Virus record (IMG/VR): IMGVR_UViG_3300031993_000014
Location: 50,987 to 114,986 of that record
Source: a virus
Taxonomy: Duplodnaviria; Heunggongvirae; Uroviricota; Caudoviricetes
Strand: one strand, 5' to 3'
Length of the DNA stretch: 64,000 bases
Each line of letters opens with the position of its first letter. The first letter of the stretch is position 1. Made by a program: the position numbers and the translations under genes. Of the stretch, positions 47,392 through 56,791 are shown one piece after another. Below the pieces are notes generated by a model. That model did not search any database, had not been told where the DNA came from, and saw only the letters and a list, made by a program, of their open reading frames with translations.

Positions 47392-48510
47392 ATGGCTGAA
47401 AATGAAAACTATGAAAAGATCGAAGTTGCTCTTAAGGAAACTCTTGAAAGAGCCAACGGAGACGCTCGCAGGGTCAACATGCGAGTATTCTGCGAGAATC
47501 AGGGGTTCGATTATAAAGAAGCTGCGAGTGTCATTCGCACCTCTTCAGAACTCCCGATCAAGTGGGTTGACAGGGAACAACTTCTTTCGACTTTCCCGAA
47601 GCCGGAAGAGGAAGAGAAGCTCCCGGCTAAGTGCTATGCTGACGCAGCAGATATGAGCAAGAGGAAGCGCAAGAAGATTCGCGCAATGTTTTGGAGCAAT
47701 CCGAAACTGACCGTTCAGGAATTCTTGGCTCATCAACCAGAAGGATGTCAGGTTACGGAGAAAGCTCTCCGCGAAATCTTAGGGGAACTTTGGGAAGAAA
47801 GATACGAATATAAGAAACCCAGAAAGGACTGGGACTCCTATGTTGAAATCTTGAGATCCCTTCCGGAGAGCAAGTCCGTTGCATCATTCTGTCGAGAACA
47901 GGGTCTCAAGCAGGATCAGTTCAAGAAGAACTGTCCTCCGGATCTGTACGAGGCTCATAGCCCAGTTCGCATTAATTGGGAGCTTCATATTGAGGCTCTC
48001 AAGAGCGGCGACATCTCTTATCAAGAGTACTGTAAACGGAACAATATCAGGGTTCAAAGTTTCTGCTATCATTGTGACGCCGAAACTCTTGAGAGATTCG
48101 ACGAAGCGAAAATGCGGGACAGAGAACGTGCTGCAAAGTACGATCCCGAAAAGACTGTTCGCGAGAACGCTCAAATCTTGGGTGTTACCGAACAGTACAT
48201 GTCCTTGTGGATTAAGGACAAACTCCAGGTCATTGATCCGGAAAAGTATGGTCGTATTCACGAAGTCCGCAAAGAGAACCGCTTGACGGATGAAGAGAAA
48301 AAGATCCTCGCTCTCGAAGCGATGGTCGAAACACTCCGCAAGAAGAATCTCGAAAAGGAAAGCGAGAACGCTTTGCTCAGATCAAAGATCTCGTCGCTGG
48401 AAACTTCCAATGCCGCTCTTCGTGGTGGTAAGGAAGCCCTCAATAGGGAACTCCTTGATCTTAAGCACAGGATCAAGGAAAACCTCATGGGTGTTATCAG
48501 CTCCCTTTAA
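47392..48510 (+). CDS. multi-HTH DNA-binding protein with C-terminal coiled coil
   Basis: repeated S...FC.E.G / EYCKRNN / TVRENAQILGVTE HTH-like units. Confidence 0.55.
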   Translation: MAENENYEKIEVALKETLERANGDARRVNMRVFCENQGFDYKEAASVIRTSSELPIKWVDREQLLSTFPKPEEEEKLPAKCYADAADMSKRKRKKIRAMFWSNPKLTVQEFLAHQPEGCQVTEKALREILGELWEERYEYKKPRKDWDSYVEILRSLPESKSVASFCREQGLKQDQFKKNCPPDLYEAHSPVRINWELHIEALKSGDISYQEYCKRNNIRVQSFCYHCDAETLERFDEAKMRDRERAAKYDPEKTVRENAQILGVTEQYMSLWIKDKLQVIDPEKYGRIHEVRKENRLTDEEKKILALEAMVETLRKKNLEKESENALLRSKISSLETSNAALRGGKEALNRELLDLKHRIKENLMGVISSL

Positions 48511-48515
48511 ATAAT

Positions 48516-48550
48516 AAAAGAATCGGTCTGTACAACCGATTCTTTTTTTG
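48516..48550. terminator. bidirectional terminator
   Basis: aaaagaatcggt-ctgtaca-accgattctttt. Confidence 0.8.
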
Positions 48551-49363
48551 TTATTCTCTGCTGGCATAGAAAGCCTTTTTATTCTGCGATATACGCAGAG
48601 CTTTCTTTTCTTGTACAGCCTCATCCGAAAGGAGGTAATCCCCGTTGGCGAAAATATCTATACCGTAATTCTTAAATTCTTCATAGATACGATTATAGAC
48701 ACGGCGCTCGTCATTAGATAGATCAGATCTTGAGTGCTTGCCAAGACTAATAAGGTAATCGCGACATGGCTTCACTGCAGACTTCGCATTGCTTTGCCTG
48801 TCTTTTCTAAAATTGTCAATGAAAGCGGTGTCCTTGTACCTTCCATCAGAAAAGATATCTATACCATACTTTCGATTGAAGTATTCTATGCGTTTATACG
48901 CTAATTTTTCTTCTTTTGTTAGTTCTGGTATCATCTTACCAAGCGACAAAAGAAATTTTGCTGCTGGCTTGTCTTTCTTTTTGTTGTTATCGGAAACTCT
49001 TTGAATACGTGTTCCATAGGTAACATTATACTGGCGATCGCACCATTCCAAATTGTCGTATCTATTGTTTTCTTGGTTTTCATCTTTATGGTTCACCTCA
49101 AGAAAGTGAGTCGGATCCGGATTATGAACGAAAGCTTCGGCTACAAGGCGATGAACATAAAAAGTAACATTATGTCTCGATATACGCATATAACCTGATC
49201 CAGTCTTTCCTATGTGAGCATCAATAAAGTCGTCTTCGCTAAAATCAGCTGAAAGAGCTCTGCTGTTAGCAGGAACCTTGATTTTTCCATCAGGAAAAAC
49301 TAGAAATGTAAACATTTTTCCATTTTTCTTTTCCTGTAATCTTACTGGTTTGAGTTTTTCCAT
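48551..49363 (-). mobile_element. free-standing HNH homing endonuclease
   Basis: YVHRLVAEAF..EVNHKDENQENNRYDNLEWC; two C-terminal repeats. Confidence 0.85.
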
Positions 49364-49395
49364 AAAAATCTCCTTAATGCGAACATTAAGGAGAT
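49364..49395 (-). promoter_or_regulatory. hairpin/terminator sequestering the HNH RBS
   Basis: perfect 12-bp stem atctccttaatg-ttcg-cattaaggagat containing aaggag, then tttttATG. Confidence 0.75.
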
Positions 49396-49415
49396 AAATC
49401 TTTTGCGAAAATTAG

Positions 49416-50138
49416 CTAAAAAGACGTGAAGATTTTCCTGCGATTTGCCGATAGATGCATGTTCTGACGGAACTTTTCGAGAAGTTCTCTTCGTTCATTA
49501 ACGGCATCTTCGTAAGTACCAGTATACAGTTCAATCTCAGACTGCGTAGTATTCACATTCGTAAATACATGGCGGAATCCAAGAATGTCCATACGGATAT
49601 CGCAAGCCGCAAGCTGGAGGATATACTCACGGAGACCCGGATGGAATTCCGTAAAGTCAGAGTGAGCGACCTTAAGCTTTAAAGCCATTCTGTTGTCATT
49701 CATTCCTTCTGGCGGGTTAGGAGCAATGTTTATCTTGTTAGGAGGCAGGAAGTGTACTGTGTACGGGATAGCCGTGAAATTGGCAATCTCATCCTGCAAG
49801 AAACTCAAGACAAACTCAAACGGACAAACACGGTAAAAGCGATCGTAGAATGTAGTTGAGCTTCCGATACCATTGAGAGATGTCAGAAGTTCAGCACCAA
49901 GAAGCTGCGTAGGAGTTTCAACATAGTACATCCCCGGCTGTCCGTCAACCATGTCGTTCTTCATATCCACGATGTAGTGGATTATCTTCGGGAAGTATAC
50001 AGAAAGCGTCGGTAAGGTTTCATCTTTAAGAATTTCAGCGATAGCATCATCGTCGAGTTCGAGATTTCTCATTCCCGCACCGACACGAGCCTTTACACGC
50101 TGAATAATCTTGGAAGTACTAAGCCACAAATTATCCAT
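49416..50138 (-). CDS. neck/head-completion protein (T4 gp13-like)
   Basis: IIQRVKARVGAGMRNLELDDDAIAEIL resembles the gp13 N-terminus; in the protease operon. Confidence 0.55.
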   Translation of the reverse strand: MDNLWLSTSKIIQRVKARVGAGMRNLELDDDAIAEILKDETLPTLSVYFPKIIHYIVDMKNDMVDGQPGMYYVETPTQLLGAELLTSLNGIGSSTTFYDRFYRVCPFEFVLSFLQDEIANFTAIPYTVHFLPPNKINIAPNPPEGMNDNRMALKLKVAHSDFTEFHPGLREYILQLAACDIRMDILGFRHVFTNVNTTQSEIELYTGTYEDAVNERRELLEKFRQNMHLSANRRKIFTSF

Positions 50139-50149
50139 AGCAGAATCCT

Positions 50150-50548
50150 CTATTTAGTTTTATTCTCGATTAACGTCTTTACGCTGATAACAATTTCCGT
50201 TAGCCGATCAACTTTCTCGGCTATCTTTTCAACTGTTTCAACTCTCTGTACCATGACAGCCTGTCCTTGTTCAAGTGCCTTAGTAGAAGACTTGAGAGTT
50301 TCTATGCTCCGATAGTCATTGTCTAACTTAGTCTTAATGGTTCCCATGTCCTTAGTCTTATCTTTTAGCTCGGAGATTTCCTTATCGGAATTCTCTTTTG
50401 CTGTTTCTAGAGCTTTGATACGGGCTTCCATAGATTCGCCTTGCGTGGTATTTGTTTTGCTTTTCACATAGGCCGTACATGCAGCTATGAGACCAGCAAG
50501 ACCTGTTAGAACACCTATGATAGCAAAAGTTAATCTCGGATCTTCCAT
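50150..50548 (-). CDS. single-TM coiled-coil protein (holin-like candidate)
   Basis: N-terminal TM LTFAIIGVLTGLAGLIAAC followed by a coiled coil. Confidence 0.45.
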   Translation of the reverse strand: MEDPRLTFAIIGVLTGLAGLIAACTAYVKSKTNTTQGESMEARIKALETAKENSDKEISELKDKTKDMGTIKTKLDNDYRSIETLKSSTKALEQGQAVMVQRVETVEKIAEKVDRLTEIVISVKTLIENKTK

Positions 50549-50551
50549 TAA

Positions 50552-51316
50552 CTAACCCCCGAATACGTCATCCAAAACAGAGAAAGTCTTGGATCTCAAG
50601 TCACAGATAGAAATCATCCCATTTCCACCCTTAAGGTTCACAACACCCTTGTTGATAGATGCTGTCTGCACCTTACCGTCAAGCATGTCCTCAATAGCGA
50701 ACAGAGAGTTGATACCTTCAGATCCGAGCACTTCCTTCACCTGTTCATCAGTAACAGCGATATCATCGAGCTTGATGAACGGATTTGGAGATTCAGTGGC
50801 AGATACCATTCGTGCAGCAGCATGAGACGGTACTGGAACCCAGTCATAGGTAGTGATCTTCAGGTTAACAACACGGAAGTGGTCTTGTTCTTGTTTAAGC
50901 TTGTGAAGTCCTCTCATGGAGAACGACAGCACCTTCTGCTTATCCACTTCTTTCTTCATCCAAGAGCCATTCTGGTTGACAGTCGTAGTAATGTCGCCAT
51001 AGAACTTGTTGGCTTTCTTGTCGAGTTTCATGATAGCATGAGACACTTTAGTATAGTCCGTATAAAGCTGTCTTTTGATACTCGTATCGAACGGGTGTCC
51101 TGCTTCACCATACCAAGTGCCGCACTGGAGAGCTTCTTGGAGAAGCGGATCATTCAATGCTGCGTCAATCAAACCAGTTGGATAAATCTTGCGGTTACGG
51201 TTCAGGATATCACCATCTTGCAAAATAGCACGAAAAGTCACGTCATCGTCAGTTTCTTTGATGATCGAAGGATTCGATCTTGCTTCAAAGTTGTTGGCTA
51301 AAAACACCGAAGGCAT
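50552..51316 (-). CDS. prohead core protease (T4 gp21-like)
   Basis: NRNRKIYP, YGEAGHP, SFSMRG, ITTYDWVPVPSH; start MPSVF after aaggag. Confidence 0.85.
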   Translation of the reverse strand: MPSVFLANNFEARSNPSIIKETDDDVTFRAILQDGDILNRNRKIYPTGLIDAALNDPLLQEALQCGTWYGEAGHPFDTSIKRQLYTDYTKVSHAIMKLDKKANKFYGDITTTVNQNGSWMKKEVDKQKVLSFSMRGLHKLKQEQDHFRVVNLKITTYDWVPVPSHAAARMVSATESPNPFIKLDDIAVTDEQVKEVLGSEGINSLFAIEDMLDGKVQTASINKGVVNLKGGNGMISICDLRSKTFSVLDDVFGG

Positions 51317-51336
51317 AAGCTCTCCTTTTGATTTTT

Positions 51337-51348
51337 CAATATGAAGTT
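51337..51348 (-). promoter_or_regulatory. AACT-N4-AWTR phage promoter (protease operon)
   Basis: AACTTCATATTG. Confidence 0.6.
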
Positions 51349-51472
51349 GCCATAAGATAAAGAAATAGAAATAGGTCAAAGACCTATTTCTATGAAATGT
51401 TACTTATGCTTTCCGTAGATGAAAATCATCGAGAGCACCGATAATGGAACCATAAGTATAGCTTTCAACGTC

Positions 51473-51994
51473 TTATGAAGCTTTTTCCTCATTGGCAACC
51501 TCACTTGTACTAGGGAGGTCAAGGGGCTTGTCGCCTTCATCGTTCGGGATAAACTGCTTGTTCTTTTCGTAGAATTCTTCCGAAGAGACCGCACAGTGTT
51601 CGAAGTATTCCGGGAAGGTTTCATTCAACAGTTTAGTTTCTTCGCCGTTGCAGATCCACTTCTTACCGATAATGAACTGCTTGTTCGTTTTGTCTCCCTT
51701 GATGATTTCGAAAGCACACCAGTGGATAGTGATACCGTTATCAGAGATAACAGCAACAATACACTTGTCACCACCAGCCAATACGGAGATATCGCACTCC
51801 TTCTGTTCCTTGATATTGGCTTCAGAGATTTCGTTGCAGTCGCAGTCAACGATACGGCTGATTCTCAAACCATGAAGTTCGAGAGCATGACCCTTCTGGT
51901 CGAAACCCTTGTGAATATCCTGTTGCTTGGAGAATTCGACAAGGTAGAGTTTCTTAGAGTCAAGATAGGGTTTGATGTTCATTCCTTCGGGCAT
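51473..51994 (-). CDS. hypothetical protein (possible 22-aa in-frame extension to 51404)
   Basis: 173 aa, RBS aaggagtaaacATG, biased codons. Confidence 0.7.
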   Translation of the reverse strand: MPEGMNIKPYLDSKKLYLVEFSKQQDIHKGFDQKGHALELHGLRISRIVDCDCNEISEANIKEQKECDISVLAGGDKCIVAVISDNGITIHWCAFEIIKGDKTNKQFIIGKKWICNGEETKLLNETFPEYFEHCAVSSEEFYEKNKQFIPNDEGDKPLDLPSTSEVANEEKAS

Positions 51995-52088
51995 GTTTAC
52001 TCCTTAATTGATTTCATTTTTATAGTTCATACAATTCTTTGAAAGAGCAAAAAATAAAACCGGGTTATCTTTCGATACCCGGTATTCT

Positions 52089-52637
52089 TTAGTCTAGATG
52101 TTTTGGAGCAGGAATCTCACCTTCGAATTCGAAGTCAATCGGGACAATCTGTCTCTTGCCTTCAAATGTTTCGATGATCTTACAACGCTCAAATTTATGA
52201 ACAACATCCTTCGTTGCATTATACAGCTCCTGTAAAGCCATAGCCCAGATAGCAAAACTTCCATTAGGCTTATTCATCCTGTAGACGTCTCGCTCAAGTT
52301 CGTCGGGTTCTTGATGCCAGCATACTAAGCTCTTCATCTTTCCACGGACTTCATCCGTTATAGATCTGAACATAATGTAAGCATGGTTGAATTCCGGGCC
52401 GTGGCCTGAACAACAGTACTGTGTTTCTACCCCTTCAATGCTGTTCAAACACAGAATGGGCAAGAGAATAGCATCATCAATATTATGGTATCCTTCCATA
52501 AACAGCTTTGCGCGGTCATAGACATCAGGCCACTGTACGATGTATTTCTTCTCTCTGAAGTTAACAAAGGCTTGGGATGTAGAGGTGCTGTTAGCACCAT
52601 TACACACCAAGTCAAACGCTAATTCGTCTGGCGTCAT
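52089..52637 (-). CDS. hypothetical protein with T..CCSGH motif
   Basis: LNSIEGVETQYCCSGH..AYIMF; ATGA overlap with the beta-C gene. Confidence 0.65.
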   Translation of the reverse strand: MTPDELAFDLVCNGANSTSTSQAFVNFREKKYIVQWPDVYDRAKLFMEGYHNIDDAILLPILCLNSIEGVETQYCCSGHGPEFNHAYIMFRSITDEVRGKMKSLVCWHQEPDELERDVYRMNKPNGSFAIWAMALQELYNATKDVVHKFERCKIIETFEGKRQIVPIDFEFEGEIPAPKHLD

Positions 52638-54526
52638 TTCTTGATCCTTAATCCGAGTCCGCTGAGATAACCGTTAAGCATACTCTTCGGAACATTGTTG
52701 CCTTTCCTTTCGAGAATGATCTCTTCGCCTTCTTTCTTTTTGATGAGAGCTTGTGCAAGCGCTAATCTATCTTCAGAAGACTGAGAAGAGAACGACAACA
52801 AGTCAGAAATGTCTTTGAGGTTTCCAGAGAACATCAGGTTGGAGGTTTCTTGTTCACCAAGTCTAATCGGGGTCTTGCTAAGAATATCAGTACTCTTCGC
52901 ACTCTTACTCTTGTTCGGCACACCCTTGGAACTAAGTAAGCCGACACATCTTGCAGACTGCTTGCCAGACGGTTCTTGTTTCAGACGCATAAAGTACGCC
53001 TTGGCAAACGTCAACGGACGGTCGATACCCTTGAACTTGGTCTGTTGAATTCCGAGTTCTTCAACCAGGTCAGCGTATTCTTCGAAGCTGATGTTATCAA
53101 AGAATGGCGGCATGTGAATCGGGAAGCCCTTGTCGTACATCTCATTGATGAACGTCGTCAGAGCTGTTTCATCCAACGACTCGATGTACTTATCAAAGGA
53201 CTCCTTCTGGTCATAGTTCAGAGCAAGATAACATTCACGAATACCTTCGATCTTCCCATCGAGTTTATCGTTCATGTGTCTCTTTCTGAAGTTGTCCGCT
53301 ATTTCGTTGATTGCAAGTTCAAACAACGCACCGGGGTTCAATCGACCGATGATACCGAGAGGCGACATACAAACTTCTGCATGGTCTCCATCAATGGTTT
53401 CCGGCATCTGGTCATCGGGCAGGATCTTAGAAATCACGCCCTTAGAGCCATAGCGATTTGTAATCTTACAACCTTCTTCAAGCGGTCTCTGATGACAGAC
53501 TTTCACGTTCAGATACAAGAAGTCAAATTCATTCTTAGCTATCCACGGCTTCTTTTCGCTATGCGGGCCGTTCACCGACTCCGTATACCTAGCTATCGCA
53601 TACGATGCATCCGGTGTAAGCAAACCCGTTTGCTTATAGGGCCATAAAGTTTCAATGATTTCCAACCAGTATCTTTCCTGATTTTCCAAGATATCTCTAA
53701 TCTGCTTCGACCACGGTTCGTTCAGAACTTCGGACGCAACGTTAGAGTATACCGTAATGTCTTCCACATATCCTACTCCACTGAAGACTGCGTCTGATGC
53801 GATAATCTTCTGTGCTGTAGCATCTGTAAATCTTGCAAACGAAGAACGCTTTTCGTATCTACGTCTTGCACAAATGATACCATTACTAATCTCTTGGAAG
53901 ATATCCGGGAGACACTTGTAGTCATTGCTGTCGCCGTAAAGATTAAGTAACACGTCGTTCGAGTTGATAAGAACGCCGTATTCCATGATCTCAGTGAAAG
54001 CCATCTTTTGCGCAGCTGTTTCCGATACCAAAATGGCGTCTTCGATGGTTCCATCCTTATGGTTATAGAAGATCGTTTTCAGATTCTTTCCATAAGCCAA
54101 GTTTAAGTGGTCGTCATATGCCGAAGCCGAGCTAATCACTTCCCCTGCTTCAATTTCCATTCCTTCCGTAATGTTCTCGAAATCGGGAACACGGTTAAGA
54201 TAACCGAAGTGCTCGGTGAGTCTCTTCGAGCTTGTGATTTCTTTAAAGTCAATCTTTTTCGTCTCTTGATCTTCTAGTATCAAGGCATAAGTAGAGTCGT
54301 TCTTTTTGATAGCCTTGACTACCTTCTGCTTATGGTCATATCGAAGAATGGACGAAGAAACTTCTCCGACCTGATTCTCGAAATTCGTAAAGAGCAGAGG
54401 CGGTTCCGGATCATCCAATACAAGAGCCTGATTTAGATGGTTGCAGACCATGTTAAGTCTTGGGCCATCGATCTTGTTCGCATTGGGAACCAGCAGTTCA
54501 CTTTCGAGAAAGCTGTGATCTGCCAT
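52634..54526 (-). CDS. RNA polymerase beta-C subunit (non-virion RNAP, AR9 gp089-like)
   Basis: PNANKIDGPR, EPPLLFTNFENQVG, EDAILVSE, GCKITNRYGSKGVISKI, PLGIIGRLN, RLKQEP, TPIRLGEQE. Confidence 0.92.
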   Translation of the reverse strand: MADHSFLESELLVPNANKIDGPRLNMVCNHLNQALVLDDPEPPLLFTNFENQVGEVSSSILRYDHKQKVVKAIKKNDSTYALILEDQETKKIDFKEITSSKRLTEHFGYLNRVPDFENITEGMEIEAGEVISSASAYDDHLNLAYGKNLKTIFYNHKDGTIEDAILVSETAAQKMAFTEIMEYGVLINSNDVLLNLYGDSNDYKCLPDIFQEISNGIICARRRYEKRSSFARFTDATAQKIIASDAVFSGVGYVEDITVYSNVASEVLNEPWSKQIRDILENQERYWLEIIETLWPYKQTGLLTPDASYAIARYTESVNGPHSEKKPWIAKNEFDFLYLNVKVCHQRPLEEGCKITNRYGSKGVISKILPDDQMPETIDGDHAEVCMSPLGIIGRLNPGALFELAINEIADNFRKRHMNDKLDGKIEGIRECYLALNYDQKESFDKYIESLDETALTTFINEMYDKGFPIHMPPFFDNISFEEYADLVEELGIQQTKFKGIDRPLTFAKAYFMRLKQEPSGKQSARCVGLLSSKGVPNKSKSAKSTDILSKTPIRLGEQETSNLMFSGNLKDISDLLSFSSQSSEDRLALAQALIKKKEGEEIILERKGNNVPKSMLNGYLSGLGLRIKK

Positions 54527-54592
54527 TTTTCTCCTTGAGGTTAAAGATAGGAGAATCCCAAGCGTTTCCTGAGATTCTCCTTATCTAATATA

Positions 54593-55486
54593 CTATTTTA
54601 TGGCATTGCTGACAAACGTGCCATCAACATATTCGCCCTTAGTGAGCTTACAGTAGATCTTGTGAAGGGCTTCTTCGGAGATTTCTTGTCTTTCTCCAGA
54701 AGGCCATTCCAGAATAGTCGTGTAGATCTTTGCTACAAGATTAGTGCCAAGCGACTTGCGAGGGTCGCTCATACTGAATTGCTCAATAGGGAAAGGCCTT
54801 GCTACAATCCACATGCACCTGCCGGACGGTTCATCGAGCTCGACGGCGTTAACTAAGTGGTTGACATTGACGTAGATAGCGTTGCATCTTCCGTTATACG
54901 TCTTGACCTTTATCTTACTTCCGAAGTTAAGACACTTAATCTGGTTATCTTCAAAGTAAGTGTATTCCTTAATCGTTTCCTTGATGTCGTAATCCTTCGG
55001 ATTCCTGTCTTTGTAACGGACAGTAACCGAGCTAACGAAACTGCCTTCAGTGTTAAGCACGGAGATAGGCCATGTTCCTTCATGGATCTCGACTTCTCTG
55101 TAATTCTCGAGTCTACGAGAGCAGAGAGTTCTCTTGTTAAGCGTCTCTACTTTACGCTCTTTGTCATAGTTGTAGAGGAATTCCTTTTTCATAATGAATT
55201 CCGGGCTGACAAGCACAGAGAAATTCATCTTGCCACAGTCATCAAAGAAGTCGCAAGTATAGACATCATTTCTCGGAAGCAGAGCTTTGAAGCCGTGAAC
55301 ACGAACAAAGCTAGACTGCTTGTAGATTTCCGGAAATGACTTAAATATTGTTGTCTTGTCCTTGTCAGAAATGTCGTCAAGAGCAAGCATCAAACTATAC
55401 GGGCCGAAGTGTCTTCCCGTAATTCTGAAGGATGTGAAGAAGCTACTTCCGTCCGTAAGGAAAGTGCGTTTGGTGAAAATACCCAT
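54593..55486 (-). CDS. hypothetical protein
   Basis: 297 aa, RBS gaggcataagATG. Confidence 0.7.
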   Translation of the reverse strand: MGIFTKRTFLTDGSSFFTSFRITGRHFGPYSLMLALDDISDKDKTTIFKSFPEIYKQSSFVRVHGFKALLPRNDVYTCDFFDDCGKMNFSVLVSPEFIMKKEFLYNYDKERKVETLNKRTLCSRRLENYREVEIHEGTWPISVLNTEGSFVSSVTVRYKDRNPKDYDIKETIKEYTYFEDNQIKCLNFGSKIKVKTYNGRCNAIYVNVNHLVNAVELDEPSGRCMWIVARPFPIEQFSMSDPRKSLGTNLVAKIYTTILEWPSGERQEISEEALHKIYCKLTKGEYVDGTFVSNAIK

Positions 55487-55487
55487 C

Positions 55488-55760
55488 TTATGCCTCTGTC
55501 AGATAGCAGAATGTTACTTCAAGATCCTTCCGTGCTTTTTCAATTTCTTCTTCGTTTCCTTTTCCGATAGTTGCGAGCAGAGTGGCACCTCTGTCATACG
55601 CTTTGAACAGAGCGACACACTTGTCGTAGATTTCTGTATTGGACTCGCTATAGTCCTTGACTTTCGGGTTACGGCTCTTCAGAATTTCTTCCGGAATCAC
55701 TCTGTTGATTTCTTCTTTAGAATAGCCGTTGATTGAGGTTAAGGCTTCTACCAATGTCAT
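55488..55760 (-). CDS. hypothetical protein
   Basis: 90 aa, RBS taggtacgcttATG. Confidence 0.7.
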   Translation of the reverse strand: MTLVEALTSINGYSKEEINRVIPEEILKSRNPKVKDYSESNTEIYDKCVALFKAYDRGATLLATIGKGNEEEIEKARKDLEVTFCYLTEA

Positions 55761-55768
55761 AAGCGTAC

Positions 55769-56764
55769 CTATGCGTTTGCTACAACATACTCGTTAAAGC
55801 TAAGCATCTCTCCATATAGAGACTGTGCAGCATCCTTGAAGTTCTTCAAAGCTACTGGCTCATCCCCTCTGGAGTTGATGATGAATCTTGTAACTACGAA
55901 CGGATAGAAGAATGAGAAGTCTACTATCGCCATCGTAGCTAAAGCTTGCGGGAATGTCGTAAGTGAATTAAGGATTTCTTCTTTGAATCCTCTCACCGTT
56001 CTGGTGTCAGAAGAGAGGATGTAATTCTCTTTGTAGTCTTCTAGAAAGAGTGTCTTGATGGTCTTTTCTGTTCCCGGTATCACAAGCGTATCGAAGAATT
56101 TCGTGCTATTGAAGAATGTGAAAAAGTTCTCGGCGGGACTATACACACTCAAGAAAGTAGCGGTGATAACAAGGATACGGTGCAGAAGAGAAGCATCATA
56201 GACATAGCCATCACGGATGGCGTTTCTTGCCGTAAGACCGAGAATTGTGGTTCTGTCAAAATGCTTAATGAGTTCCGTTCTAGCTAGTCTCGGATCCGGA
56301 ATCAACAGAGGAATACCCTTAGACTTCGTGCGAAATTCTCCGAAAGATGTCGGGAAGAATTCACTATCGAAATTATCTAGAGCCTTGTCTGAAGCGGAAT
56401 CAGAGAACATGGCTAGATACGAATTGCGAAAGACATTCATAGCCATAGAGAGGGAGCTGCCAACATACTCAGACTCGATGTACTTGCTGATAGCCTTATA
56501 CCTTGCTGCCTTTTCGCTTGGCGATATAGACGCAGCAAAGACCTCATCGGAATCACTCTTATCGAGTTCTTCGAACGGTTTGAATGTAACATTCTCCCAG
56601 CTGAAGAATCTCTCGAACAATGTCTTGCGTCTATGGATAGACTCAAGGCCATCTATGATATCCCTGACATCATTTGCGCAGCTGCTATTCTCGTTAAGAT
56701 AGTTAGATACAGCCTCGTAGATAGTGTCGATGATGTTAAAAGCGTTTCGTATATTATTTGCCAT
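55769..56764 (-). CDS. hypothetical protein
   Basis: start MANNIR after gaggacat; AACT promoter at 56780-56791. Confidence 0.7.
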   Translation of the reverse strand: MANNIRNAFNIIDTIYEAVSNYLNENSSCANDVRDIIDGLESIHRRKTLFERFFSWENVTFKPFEELDKSDSDEVFAASISPSEKAARYKAISKYIESEYVGSSLSMAMNVFRNSYLAMFSDSASDKALDNFDSEFFPTSFGEFRTKSKGIPLLIPDPRLARTELIKHFDRTTILGLTARNAIRDGYVYDASLLHRILVITATFLSVYSPAENFFTFFNSTKFFDTLVIPGTEKTIKTLFLEDYKENYILSSDTRTVRGFKEEILNSLTTFPQALATMAIVDFSFFYPFVVTRFIINSRGDEPVALKNFKDAAQSLYGEMLSFNEYVVANA

Positions 56765-56779
56765 ATGTCCTCGCATGTT

Positions 56780-56791
56780 CATTGTAAAGTT
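56780..56791 (-). promoter_or_regulatory. AACT-N4-AWTR phage promoter
   Basis: AACTTTACAATG. Confidence 0.6.
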
